This document shows, one piece after another, positions 1 through 13,004 of a DNA stretch of 64,000 nucleotides. The position numbers and the translations under genes are program-made. Position 1 is the first letter of the stretch; the number at the start of each line of letters is the position of its first letter. Source of the stretch: Eledone cirrhosa (Eukaryota); NCBI GenBank assembly GCA_964016885.1, contig OZ024745.1, positions 55,242,001-55,306,000 on the forward strand, in the 5' to 3' direction. Under the pieces are notes generated by a model. It made no database searches and was not told where the DNA came from. It saw only the letters and a list, made by a program, of their open reading frames with translations.

Positions 1-307
1 TTGACTAGGTTTTTACCCACAACCTCTTTGTTCTACCGGCAAGTTCAGCCACCCTTACCTCCCACCAAATGCCATGATAGATTTATCTGTCTTTACAACA
101 AATTTTTGACCAATCCTCTTAACAATTACTATCTTTCCATATAAGGAAATACCCCCTGAGAAGTTCGGCTATTTATTTACCAGACTAAAAATTCTTATTT
201 AGTCCAGAAATAGTCGTCAAAACGGCTTGAGCTCTACCGTCGGGGTCATTCTTGTTCCTATTACCCACTCTACTACCCTAAGTATTAGTACTTTGGTGCG
301 TTATGGT
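1..307 (+). mobile_element. PLE-type 3' terminal repeat remnant (family B) ending in (TA)n
   Basis: 199-307 matches 7249-7390 and, reverse-complemented, 37373-37446; contains a degenerate hammerhead; abuts a (TA)n tract. Confidence 0.55.
151..246 (+). ncRNA. Degenerate type-I hammerhead ribozyme with long stem II
   Basis: ACCCC-CTGAGAA..long hairpin..GTC-AAAA-CGG..CCG-TC-GGGGT: stems I and III pair; core mutated (the 7267 copy retains GTC-GAAAC). Confidence 0.5.
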
Positions 308-982
<675 letters not shown>

Positions 983-1012
983 AGAACTGGTTACACAACA
1001 GTAAGTTCATCA

Positions 1013-1056
1013 TACCGAGAACAATTGTTTCACCTTAGCGGATCCTCAGCTCGTAA
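1013..1056 (-). ncRNA. Minimal type-I hammerhead ribozyme
   Basis: Minus strand TACGAG-CTGAGGA-TCCGCTAAGGT-GAAA-CAATTG-TT-CTCGGTA: intact core, palindromic short stem III, stem I pairs. Confidence 0.75.
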
Positions 1057-1096
1057 TGGACATGGTTATAAGGAACAGGAAGGACAACCGTACGAA

Positions 1097-1108
1097 CGCG
1101 CATGCGCA
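1097..1108. promoter_or_regulatory. NRF1-type palindrome in PLE terminal repeat
   Basis: CGCGCATGCGCA matches YGCGCAYGCGCR; function not shown. Confidence 0.3.
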
Positions 1109-2726
1109 GAAACGACCACTTCCCTCATGCAATACTAAATTGCGTGCGAGGGGTGTAAGGGCGATAACTGCGAAAGTCCGAAAGATTCAAGTTGATATGA
1201 AAATTAGGATGTTGTTGTAATTCACTCCAGAGCTTTATAGTTATGTAAGAGGTGTTTCCAGACGTGTGGACAACGTGTGGAGAATTCATTTCTTGCGTTT
1301 AGGCAATGGCTTTTGTTTTATTTGTTCGTTCATCAATACATAGTCCACACGACGGATTGCCCCTTGCATATGGCTTGGACTTAGTGATGGCTTTCCATCG
1401 AATGGAATCGTCTATACTTGAGTCCTTGAGAGACCATAAGTGGTTCGCGAGTTTCGTGGTCGACTGGTGAATAAGGAAGCGTTCTTTAAATCGGCCCTCC
1501 GCTGTACCCACATAGGATTTGACCTACTGTGGTTGATTTGGTCGGTTGGAAGTGACCACAGCTTCATAAACTACAGCGGGTGTGTTGCATTGCTGTTGAA
1601 GGTGACAAACTTCGGGCTGACGGCAAGAGCACCCTGGTGGGGTGTTGCTCTTAGGGCTGTTGGTGATGTGCACCTTCATGTTCTTAGCGCAGGAGTATCC
1701 TAGTTTTACTTGGTGCCGGTAAAGATGGAGTGGTATTTATGACCTATGGGAAAGGGTCTATCTAAGAGGGCTAGAAATGTTTTGCCTACATTGGTTTTAA
1801 CGTTGAATGAGAATGAAGGAGAGAACCAGATAGTTTGTCTATTGTTACGCTTTGTTTTCTTATTACTGTTGTTGTTAGTGGGAGAGTAAATGATAGGTTT
1901 CGAGAAGCCGCTGTTAGCTAACGCCGTGTTACAGTAGGGTGACGCTCTGTCAAAGATAGCCTTATTAGAAGGGACGTTTGAGATTCTAGTACTGATATTA
2001 TTTACGAAGTTTCTAAAAACAGTGGGAGCGTGGTATGAGTCCTTGTGAATGTAATTGAGTTTTTCGTTAAGCTTATGGAAGTGTCTGCAGGTGTGTTGCG
2101 AAGTTCTAAAATAATGTCTAAGAAATCTACGCTAGCGAGGTTGGTAGCTACTATTATCCCAAGTCCTAACTCATTGAAGGTAGAAGCTAAGTCTTTTTTA
2201 AACCGATCGAGGTCGTGACCACTTTTATGGCTCGATAAGATCAGACCATCGTAGCGAAGTGGAAGTCCGGGAATCTAACACGTAATATGTTTGAAATAAA
2301 TAGGCCAACCAAGTCGCATACGTCAGCACTGTCAGACGATCCCATGGAGACGTCGAACAGGTCTGAAGTTGTTGACTTATTTGCCCGGGCTACTCCGTTG
2401 TTGAAGGGGAGAGTTTTCGGCGGTTAGCGATGATTTCCCTTTCTAAACCATGGACGATAGTGTAAGTGGTAGCAAAGTCCAACGTTTTGTTTAACAGCGT
2501 CTCTGAAATCGATGGGTAACAATCAACAATGTCAAACTGTGTGAACTTCGCCTTTTTGGATTTGAAGGAGTTGAAGCAGTTAATTACGAAGACGGTGTTC
2601 TCCCACTGGGGCAGGTTGGACTTGGTCCGAATGGTCTTAACTATGTTTCTAAGTATGGCCTTACTGACTAGTCCCATATCTGTGCGTGCCGAGTTTAATA
2701 TTCCACATGTGGGGTTAGAAGTAAAG

Positions 2727-2971
<245 letters not shown>

Positions 2972-4381
2972 CCAGGGTGTGTAACTTGGAGATACTGAGA
3001 TGGGCAATTGCAGACACCCCAGGCTGAACAGATTTTCCGCACAAAAATTCGGGGGAAGTCCGCGCACTAACCATGCCCCACCATAATAATAACCATCTCT
3101 TCCCCGTCTCACCATCGCCCATCTCAGCGAATTTATTTATTGAATTTATTTTATTGCATTGCATGTAATCATTTGTAAGCCCATATTTTGTATATCATGC
3201 CGAATACATCACCCCCACCAAAAAATCACATCGCCATACACCCCTCATCCTTGCAGCATTGTGCTCTATCTGCCCTCTCTGTCAGGTTTTTACCTTGCAA
3301 ACCATAGTGACATCTGATCCTGTAAATACAATGTCGATCATATCACCCCATCGCCACCACGACAACAACACACATCGTCATATGTCTACCATCCATACCC
3401 GCAATCTTATCCGCCCATGCTCCCTCTGTCTACCCTAACCTACAACTCCACGCTAAATTCGAACCTGTAAATGTATTGTCGCACACACCACCGCCGCCAC
3501 CACTAGATACATCCACATACTTCAACAATCATTAACAAAATTAACATAATTAACATCATCAACACATATCCTCCCTCACTCCCAGATCGACTGTGTTATA
3601 TCCGCCCCCCGTCTGCCTTACCCTGTAAGCCACCGTAACTTCTGATCATATAATCATTTTGTCGAACATATCACCCCAGCACCATCACCACCACCATGAC
3701 CACATCACACATCGCTATACGTCCATAAACTCTTTTCCTCCGCGTTCCCTATGTCACCTTTTAACCTGTAACCCACCATACTATTCGATCCTGTATATTT
3801 TTGTCGCTCACAACTCCACCACCACCACCACCACAAGTCACAACTCCATACTTCATCAACACCGCCAACACATACATCCCCTCTCGAACCAACGCAAGTG
3901 TGTGTGTCTGTGTGTAAGTAGTTTTTACATATACGTGCGTATACATATGCGTGCGTGTATGCACATGTATATGTGTATATATATATGTATGTATGTGTAT
4001 ATATGCATGCATGTGTATGTGTGTGTGAGTGTATGTGTATGTGTATGTTTATGTATACATGTGTGTACGTGTAAGTGCGCATATCCGTATGTGTGTATGT
4101 GTGTAGGTATGTGTATGTCTATATGTATAACACCATCTCCATTGGCTCTCACCTTCCATCCATCTTTGTCCTACGCCACCCCCACCGATACTCCCCCACT
4201 CTCCCTATATATATCCAGACCTGCGCATGCACATACATGTGTGTATATATGCATATGGATATATTTGTGTATGTGGATATGTGTGGGCGCGGGCGTGTGT
4301 GTAGGTGTGTTCGTGTGTGTATATCTATCAATGTATATGCGCATGTATACATATATGTATATGTATACAACGTATTTGTCA

Positions 4382-5030
4382 GACTAAGAGTGTCTCGGTA
4401 TGTATCTCCCCAAGGACTCGACACCACCAACACATCCACCACAAACGCCACTACCATAAACAACAACACCACAACCACACCCCACACACTCAACCCGTCT
4501 TACGATAACCCACTAACCTCATACCACAGCCCATCCCAGCCAGCGACCGTCACCAACATCTCATCATCACCTCCATCTCCATATACACTACAGGCAAAAA
4601 CCTTCCCGCCACCACCACCCCACAGCCCATCACAGCCAGCAACGTCACCAACATCTCATCATCACATCCATCCCCATATACACTACAGGCAAAAGCCATC
4701 CCGCCACCACCACCCCACAGCCCTTCACAGCCAGCAACGTCACCAACATCTCATCATCACATCCACCCAACATACACTACAGGCCAGTACATCCCTTTGA
4801 TCCTTCCCACCAATCAAAACAACTCATATTGTCAAAATCTTGTAATACTGGCTTTACCACATAGCATGTATTTCATTTTCTTATAGTATTTTAAAGGGTC
4901 GCCCGCCGATTATTGAGTCGGGTAGGATCGATACAGATCGAACCTTGAGGTGATCAGTGGCGAAACGCGCGTCACCTACCAATAAATGCAATGAAGGAGT
5001 AATTCAATCGTCCTTGTTATCTAGGAGATT
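4382..5030 (+). mobile_element. Probable PLE 3' remnant
   Basis: Begins with SPQGLDT (resembles the GIY-YIG C-terminal PxGLN motif); C/A-rich UTR; ends with the HHR 3' half CGAAACGCGCGTC, CCTACC (pairs with GGTAGG at 4921) and AATAAA. Confidence 0.45.
4524..4783 (+). repeat. ~95-bp tandem repeat, ~2.8 copies
   Basis: CCACAGCCC..CAGCCAGC..CGTCACCAACATCTCATCATCAC..TACACTACAGGC recurs at 4524, 4620 and 4715. Confidence 0.85.
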
Positions 5031-5293
5031 CCAACCAGAATGGTTGCATTTTTTAAGGGTATATCAATATTTATTTATAAAACTAACCTATATTATATTT
5101 TATCTGATGAAAGCGCACCATAGTTTGGTCTGGTGGCCCTTGAAATATGTATAATGAAATAAATATGGTTTTATAAATATAGTTTCCATTTGTTAATATA
5201 TTGTATATTTACTCCAATAATTTGTTGTGTGCTTTATATCAGTTATAAAAATATGTTGCTTGTTGTATCCCAACAAATTAAATATATCCTCTA
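5030..5293 (+). mobile_element. PLE terminal repeat (family C)
   Basis: Homologous to 39900-40066, 37520-37680 (rc) and 62240-62500 (rc); ends in (TA)n(TG)n. Confidence 0.75.
5096..5160 (+). ncRNA. Type-I hammerhead ribozyme (AUA cleavage triplet)
   Basis: ATTTTAT-CTGATGA-stem II (CACCA/TGGTG)-GAAA-TATGTA-TA-ATGAAAT. Confidence 0.75.
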
Positions 5294-5319
5294 CATATAT
5301 ATATATATATATATATATA

Positions 5320-5403
<84 letters not shown>

Positions 5404-5617
5404 GCGTGCGGTGTGTGTGTATAAAATCTCCGAAGGTGTAAAACAGTAAAAAGTAAAACACTGCTCAAACAGTCATGTTATATTTTTTATATTATGTTAT
5501 ATTTTTATATTCGTACACGGAACAAATGTGTTCCCTAAGATTTCAAGATTGTAAGGTAATCAAAAGTGCGACATAATTTGTAGGCGCTAGGACAAAATAA
5601 TACATATATTAGTAAAA

Positions 5618-5642
5618 CTAGAGGAAGTACCGAAATCGCGGT
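5618..5642 (-). mobile_element. Possible Helitron 3' terminus
   Basis: Minus strand ACCG-CGATTT-CGGT hairpin, 7 nt, then CTAG followed by T; 5' end not located. Confidence 0.3.
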
Positions 5643-6313
5643 GGTTTCTGGTATTTCACTCATCACACTATTTGAAGTGATGAATCTATTCCTACTGTGG
5701 TTAACTTGTTTTTTACACTTTATATAGATTTCATGATCACATACTTTAGGTGAAGGGGTAATTAATGGAATTACTTACCGTGGTGTGTTATATAGTTGAA
5801 AAGGATTTATTAGTAATGTCTTATATCAAACATAAACTGTTAAATATAATACGTCCTTACTTTCAACGAACTTTGTATTCGTCTCTGTGTTAATGCGAAT
5901 TATCAAACACTCTCCCAGACACGTACACAAGAGGAAACCATATCTACTTGAAGTAGTAATATATTTCATTAAAATCTAAGGCATTTATATATTAACGAGT
6001 TAAGTCAAATTATATAAGTGCATTCAAAATAAAAGAAATTGTATTTATTTATGTATACATGTGACATATATATGCGCATATGAAACAAAGAAAAACAAAG
6101 AAATATATACGAACCATTAGAAGTGAATAATCATACGTACATACATAAAGCATACATATATACATACTTACGTATAGCACAGAGCATATGTGAATAAACA
6201 CACATGCACTGTGTTGTATTCTGACAGTATTGTGTTAGCTCAATGTACAAGAACAGAGCTGTTATATGTAAAAGAAACCAAAGAACGCTTACATACCCAA
6301 ACAGTTTTTATTT

Positions 6314-6358
6314 GCTTACAATGTTTCATCCATACCGTTTGGTAAGAATACTCAGAGC
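6314..6358 (-). ncRNA. Hammerhead ribozyme, left arm (core variant CTGAGTA)
   Basis: GCT-CTGAGTA-TTCTTACCAAACGGTATGGAT-GAAA-CATTG-TA-AGC. Confidence 0.55.
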
Positions 6359-7015
6359 TCAATAAACACAGTGCTGAGTATAAGCTCCACCAAGCTTATT
6401 CACACGAAGAATCGGAATACAATAGAGGGCAAAGATAGGGAGATAGGAGATGGCGAACAAGGAGGGGGTACATGTTGAGGTTGTTAAGCACCACAGCTAA
6501 ATGCTAGGGCACAAGCAGATTTTACAAGAGGCAGATACAATTGATGGCACACAAAAGCAAAACATACGGGCAATTGTTAAAACATGATAAAAAAAAAATA
6601 ATAATAACATAAAAGGAAGATAATATAAAGAGATAAAAAGTAAATAGAGGGTAAACAATTTTTTTTTTAAATGTTTAAAAGGAAAGAAATTAAAAAAAAT
6701 GTTTTATGCACATAAAAAAACCAGAGGAATGTAAGCGCTGGTCCCTAATATAAACGAGTGAATAGGAACTCCGTAACCTATAGTTATATATTATTTTTTT
6801 TTATTATGTTTTAACCATTGCTTGTATTTTTTGTTTTGTGTGCATCTTGTAAAATCTGCTTGTGCCCTAGCATTTAGCTGTGGTGCTTAACAACCCCAAC
6901 ATGTACCCCCTCCTTGTTCGCCATCTACTATCTCCCTATCTTTGCCCTATACTGTATTCCGATTGTTCGTGTGACTAAGCTTGGTGGAGCTTATACTCAG
7001 CACTGTGTTTATTAA

Positions 7016-7060
7016 TCTCTGAGGAAACCTACCAAACGGTATGGATGAAACATTGTAAGC
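7016..7060 (+). ncRNA. Hammerhead ribozyme, right arm
   Basis: CT-CTGAGGA-AACCTACCAAACGGTATGGAT-GAAA-CATTG-TA-AGC; stem II TACC/GGTA. Confidence 0.65.
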
Positions 7061-7184
7061 AAATAAAAACTGTTTGAGTATGTAAGCGTTCTTTGGTTTC
7101 TTTTACATATCGTATACATATATACATACATACACACACACACACACATATATATATATATTTATATTTATATATATATATATA

Positions 7185-7390
7185 TAGGAACGAGTAGGAA
7201 CCGACGGCTGAGCTCAAGCCGTTTCGACAGCTAATTCTGGACTATTCATTTAGTCCAGAATAAGCCGTCGAAACGGCTTGAGCTCAGCCGTCGGGGTCCT
7301 ACTCGTTCCTACTACCCACTCTACTACCCTAAGTATTGAGTACTTTGGTGCGTTATGGTCCACCTGGTTCCTTACCACATTTCCTTCGTT
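7185..7390 (+). mobile_element. Family B terminal repeat whose 5' part is a fold-back (palindrome 7185-7311, loop TTCATT)
   Basis: ~60-bp arms around 7245-7250; flanked by (TA)n on both sides. Confidence 0.85.
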
Positions 7391-7647
7391 ATATATATAT
7401 ATATATATATATATAGTTTTGCGAGGTTTTTTATATGAAATCGTGTGTCGAAACAGATATTGTTATATTTGGGGAGGGTCATATTTGCGTAATATTGCCA
7501 GAATTAATAACAGAACACACTCACTGTTTGGTTGGTTTTCGCTTCTCGCTGTCTTTTATATGTATATATCTGCGATCTAACTTATTCGGTCCTCAATGTT
7601 GCCATTGACTGACCGGCGGTCAAAAATAATACAGATACAATATAGAC

Positions 7648-7716
7648 AAACACATATATATATAGTTTACATAAATCTTTCGTTGCACATCTGCAACATC
7701 GTCAGTGGTGTTATAT
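7648..7716 (-). ncRNA. Hammerhead-like motif in family A 3' UTR
   Basis: CTGACGA-T-GTTGCA-GATG-TGCAAC-GAAA-GATTTATGTAAAC-TA; core and stem II good, stem I displaced (AACAC/GTGTT). Confidence 0.6.
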
Positions 7717-7972
7717 TCATTGTTCCTCCTGTTGTGTTGTATGTCTACGCCATTTTTTTGTTCAGTCTGTCTATATATTTATTTATTTATTTGTTTGTTT
7801 ATCTTATTTTATTTTGTCTTCTTTGCGCATGCGTTTGCGTGTGTGTATAGTGTTATGTGTGATGTGTGACTAGTGTGTATAGTGTTGTGTCTGCTGGGTG
7901 ACTAGTGTGTGTTTATGTGCTTGTGTATGTATTTATTTATCTTATTTTATTTAATTTAATTTACTTATTTAT

Positions 7973-10201
7973 TTATACTTCTCTTAGGTCAGTGTTGTTT
8001 GTTTGGGTGTTGTTGTTGTTCCACTCATTCTTTCTGTTTAGCTTTGGTCTTCTAATTTCTATTTCACTGGCCTCTCTGATTTGCCTATCTGCTGGGTCAT
8101 TCCTATGTTTAGATATTATTCTAATTTCTATGTTGTCTATGTTACCGTCATGATGTTGTCTAGCATGTTCGTATAGTACTGACCCGTTTTTTCGTCCTTT
8201 TAGTTCCCCCCAGTGTTGGTCTATCCTTTCACCTATGCTACGAGCTGTCTCACCTATGTATGTTGTTGTCGTGTTTCTGCAAGTACCCTCTGTACATCTT
8301 ATGCTATAGACTACGTTTCTAGTTTTACAGTTTATCCGGGGGTTCACCTTACATATGATACATTTCCTATTGGTACAGTGGGTTTTCTTAAAAGGGTAGG
8401 TTTTGCTGATCAGGGATTTTATGGTGGTTCCTGGCTTTTCTACCACCTTTATTTTTAAGTGGGTCTTTCTCAGGGCCTTTCTACACTGGTTAGCTAATTT
8501 CCCTCCAGGGGTGGCGTCCACAAACATGACACTCTGATATCTCTGGTTGTCGTACCATGATGTGGCCTTCCCTATCTTATGTCTAGCCCTATCTAAGCTA
8601 TTCCATGATTTGCTCCTGTATAGTGGGCAAATTCCTTTCATGTCCAGTTCTATGAGGGTCTTATACTTTTCCATGGCTCCTTCGTATACTCTGACTCTGT
8701 CTCTTTGGTTGTAGCCAGAGAACTGCATGCGGTTGATGAAGTGTTGGATGTGTCCTTCCATTTCTGTTGGGTCGCACATGCTGGACACATTCTTCATCAC
8801 TCGTACCAAATCTGCGATCAGAATGTTAAACTTAGCACTACTGGACATTGCTGAGTTTTTGAGTATCAGGTATTTGGAGGCCATGGGTTTAGCATAGTGT
8901 GAGTGGAGAATTTGGGCTCTCTCGTCTATAGTGTTAATCCAGAGTTCTGTGTCTAATACAGGTAGTCTATTGTTAGGGTGTTTGGAAGGGAAGTCTATAG
9001 TTACAGTTATACTCTGGTGTATGGAATTAGCTATCTGCTGGATGCTTTCCATCGTGCTACGTTCTAAATCAAACTTGTTAGTGCTCTCTAGTGGGGGTGT
9101 TCTTATAACTATATTGATATCGTCTACATAACGAGAGTACATGATGAGGTCTATGGAGCTTTCATTAAGGAGATCTTTAAGTCTCCTTTCCCACCATACC
9201 ATGAAAAGGTTGGCAACATCGCCAGCTATGCTGACGCCGATGGCTGCTCCCTCATTTTGGGTGTAGATTTTCTCATTGAACTTAAATATGTGGCCCTTTA
9301 GGGTAGTTTTGATACTAGCCCCTATTGCATGTGCGACCATTTTTCTTACCTGATCAGTGTTTTGGGGGGTCCGTATAGCTTTGGTCCACCCAATCCACCT
9401 TCCTATGGGAGTCTTTTTAGCCATTGAGGTTATGGTGGGGGGTCTACCTCTTATAGGTCTACTAGGGCAGAAACATCTAAGGTCATGGCTGTCTAGGTAG
9501 TCAGTGTCGTAGGTAAGTCTAAGTAGGAGGCCCAGTTCGTCTGTGTCGACGTCGCAGAACTCCACCTCACTCTCAATGATCATCTCCACACATCTTTTCA
9601 CAGCAAAATCAATGTTAATGGATGGGTACAGTGACACCACATCCATGCTGCCTATTATGCAGTTGGATAGGCTCCTGTTTTTGTTGCACTCACTGATTCC
9701 GCTGAGGAGGTCCTCTGTACTTTCACATACATCTGGGGACATCTTGATTATGGGGCGTATAACCATTGAGAGGAAGTAGGAGATCCTGTAGTTGCTAGCT
9801 ATATTAGCTCCGCATACAGGTCTTGTTGGTGGTCCTATTGTCGGGTCGTCGACTGTCTTGTGGTCTTTGCGGAGCCCATACAAGGGTGGTATGCCATTGT
9901 TAGACGCCTGGAAGTTGTTGGCAGTGCGTCTGCTTGGCTTTAGGATGTCAGTCCACATCATCATGTGAGCGTTGAGGATTTTTTCTCTCCCATCGTGTGT
10001 TAGTTGTGCAACTTCGCTCGTGTTCGTGATGTGGGGTTGCATTGCCTCGATGTAGTTCGGCATGCTATCTATTGACATCCTACCAGACTTATCTGTGGGT
10101 AGACACACTACCTCACCATCCCTTGTGCGCTGCTTGAGGCTAACCAAGCCTTCTACAGGTTTTATCCCAAGTTGTTGGGCCTCTGGTCTGCTCTGTCTCA
10201 T
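7973..10201 (-). CDS. PLE reverse transcriptase + GIY-YIG endonuclease, 742 aa (probably lacks the N-terminal domain)
   Basis: TDKSG, PPLYGLRKDHK, PTRPVC, SMDVVSLYPSI, QNEGAAIG, RYVDD, LPVLD; Cys-rich linker CTNRKCIIC; NVVY..YIGETARSIGERIDQH..E..LN. Confidence 0.93.
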   Translation of the reverse strand: MRQSRPEAQQLGIKPVEGLVSLKQRTRDGEVVCLPTDKSGRMSIDSMPNYIEAMQPHITNTSEVAQLTHDGREKILNAHMMMWTDILKPSRRTANNFQASNNGIPPLYGLRKDHKTVDDPTIGPPTRPVCGANIASNYRISYFLSMVIRPIIKMSPDVCESTEDLLSGISECNKNRSLSNCIIGSMDVVSLYPSINIDFAVKRCVEMIIESEVEFCDVDTDELGLLLRLTYDTDYLDSHDLRCFCPSRPIRGRPPTITSMAKKTPIGRWIGWTKAIRTPQNTDQVRKMVAHAIGASIKTTLKGHIFKFNEKIYTQNEGAAIGVSIAGDVANLFMVWWERRLKDLLNESSIDLIMYSRYVDDINIVIRTPPLESTNKFDLERSTMESIQQIANSIHQSITVTIDFPSKHPNNRLPVLDTELWINTIDERAQILHSHYAKPMASKYLILKNSAMSSSAKFNILIADLVRVMKNVSSMCDPTEMEGHIQHFINRMQFSGYNQRDRVRVYEGAMEKYKTLIELDMKGICPLYRSKSWNSLDRARHKIGKATSWYDNQRYQSVMFVDATPGGKLANQCRKALRKTHLKIKVVEKPGTTIKSLISKTYPFKKTHCTNRKCIICKVNPRINCKTRNVVYSIRCTEGTCRNTTTTYIGETARSIGERIDQHWGELKGRKNGSVLYEHARQHHDGNIDNIEIRIISKHRNDPADRQIREASEIEIRRPKLNRKNEWNNNNTQTNNTDLREV

Positions 10202-10312
10202 AGTGTACCTGTCTACTACTTGTCTAATCTAAATTGTTTTGACCACAAGAATTTTTGCAAATTGGAGCCACTTTTTTAACATAAAAAGAGGTAGAATTCC
10301 CAAAACTAATCA

Positions 10313-10694
<382 letters not shown>

Positions 10695-11189
10695 GTGTAC
10701 GTAAATTGCAGGATATATGCCGGGATTTGCAAGCAATAATCATATAATACCCTCAATGTTTCACTTTTAAATAAATCGATAAACGGAGAAATGCTAGATA
10801 ATATAAACGGAATGGCATACATCAGAAACTCTCTGATTTGTACCTAGGGGTAAACAGCAGAGGGATATATAGATGTGTTCCCGTAGATGCATGTATTGCA
10901 CAAAATAATAGCATTAGATAATTACACACCAACTAGTTTGACTTTAAGGTGCCTTCATATGAATATGAATACTTTATCTTAGATTAAATTGATATAATTA
11001 TGTGAGGCAACATAGACAAAGGAATTCATGAATAGATTGTAAAGCCCCATGGCAACACACGTATAGTAAACCAGCTGACGTTTAAATGGTCATCATAATT
11101 ATATCCGTGCGTGCTTGTGGTGTGCGTTTGTGTGTGTGTGTGTTTGGGTGCGTCTCTCCCTCTCTCTCTCCATATATATATATAAAACG

Positions 11190-11660
11190 TGTTCCCTCAA
11201 CTGCTGCTACCAGTCTTTGGGGTGCCATTATAGATGCTCTCGTAGTCAGCAGTCACCATGGGTCACTATTCTCCGTCATTCGTAGAATAGTGTCGGTGTT
11301 GCGACCAGGCTAGTCTTTGATATTGTAAGATCAGGATTTACTTTATCTCATCTTTTTCTCACGCCGACTGTACACTGATAGATGGTTTTAGATGAGCTGT
11401 TGTTGCGGGATACATGGACATACCAGGAGGCGTCCGTCTTTCCACCATCTGAAGAAGTGGTACCTGTTTGCCAGCATAATTGGTAACTTGCTGTCTGACG
11501 AAGCTGTTTTTTTTTGCGGGGGTGCCCAGATTAAGGGACATGTAGAAACATTGTAGAAGCACTGGTGGTTAAATAACTGGATTCTTCATTCATGTCAGAT
11601 GTAAGTGTCCATCTTTCACACCCCCAAAAATGGTTACATTGGAACACAGCTGGAGTTAGT
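11190..11660 (-). mobile_element. Old RTE-clade LINE 3' fragment
   Basis: Frameshifted translation LLQMVERR..WYVHVSRNNSSSKTIYQCTV resembles the RTE ORF C-terminus (RRLxWxGHVxR..KxILxG). Confidence 0.55.
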
Positions 11661-12009
11661 TTAGCATATGACATCCAAAGGTTGGATCGGCGTGTTTGTC
11701 AATATTTCAGTTTGATATATATATATATATATTGGATTACAAGTATATATACTTGTAATCCAATTTAATAAGCCATTGAATAACTTCATTGGCGTTTCCT
11801 CATACGTTTTGTGTGGTTGTCTGCTTGGTAGTAGGAATTACTCCATCAAGGATATTGTTACTAATACTTCCTATATCTGCGGTTAAAAAGCATATTAACC
11901 TAAGATATGGTTTTTAAGATATGGTTTTTAAGGTGAATCCTAGGGAGGTTAGGTATATAAGGTTCAGTGTATTTTTCCAACTTCAATTGTTTTACAAAAT
12001 AAATATACG

Positions 12010-12121
<112 letters not shown>

Positions 12122-12768
12122 AACGTCAGATAACTTTTTAAAAGCATTAAAGTGTTGATAAATATCTTGTGATTTACTTATTATTGATGAATACCAGGAG
12201 ATCTTCGAATGGAAACTGTATTTTGATTGCATTAGTATTTGAAAAAAACGCAGTTCTTTTATCTTAGAGCCATTAGCATTGTTGATCCAATGTTTCTACC
12301 ATGTGTGAAAACAATTTTTAAGAGAGTATTTATATTTTAATGTTTTGAAATATACAATTCAAAATATTGCTATGGATCTAAATATCGCTCTGGTAGCTAG
12401 CTGTATCTTCACTAAGATAACATAAGGTGTAAATCAAGTTAAACATATTTAAAAGCAATTTGGACTTTTGCACTTTAAAGAGGGAAACTGAACTAAGAAT
12501 CGGTGAGACATACCATAATATAGTGTATACAAGTGAATATTAGATTTTATGTATCTTAAAATATAACGAGTGCAATTTAATCAGAAAATAACAAAACATA
12601 CCATATGTCATGAGAAACTGAAAGAATGTAAAAAACAAAGAGCAAAGTATGAATTAGGTGGTAATTATATATGCTACAATATGCATACATGCATGTGTGT
12701 GTGTGTCGAATACGCACGTGTACCTGTGTGATTGAATGAAGATAAGTATAGAAATTCGCCCAACAAAC

Positions 12769-12910
<142 letters not shown>

Positions 12911-12957
12911 GAAATATATGAAATATTAGAATCAAAGAACTGTTCAAAACATTTTTA

Positions 12958-13004
12958 TGCTTACAACTGTTTCCTCCAAACCGAGGTTTGGATTATTCGG
13001 AGCA
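12958..13004 (-). ncRNA. Hammerhead ribozyme, left arm (core variant CCGAATA)
   Basis: TGCT-CCGAATA-ATCCAAACCTCGGTTTGGAG-GAAA-CAGTTG-TA-AGCA. Confidence 0.55.

Larger units (their letters stand above)
6264..7110. repeat. Inverted repeat of PLE-type 3' ends (family D1); arms ~6264-6608 and ~6783-7110
   Basis: Arms are reverse complements with scattered substitutions and one indel; each carries an outward-facing HHR. Confidence 0.9.
7415..10230 (-). mobile_element. Young Penelope-like element (family A, Neptune-like), copy 1
   Basis: Uninterrupted RT + GIY-YIG ORF; ~560-bp 3' UTR with HHR; 3' end in (TA)n; near-identical to 55402-58110. 5' boundary approximate. Confidence 0.95.

Noticed and set aside
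7440-7470. GTCGAAACAGATATTGTT resembling an antisense HHR half
   Set aside because: No CTGANGA core or stem I
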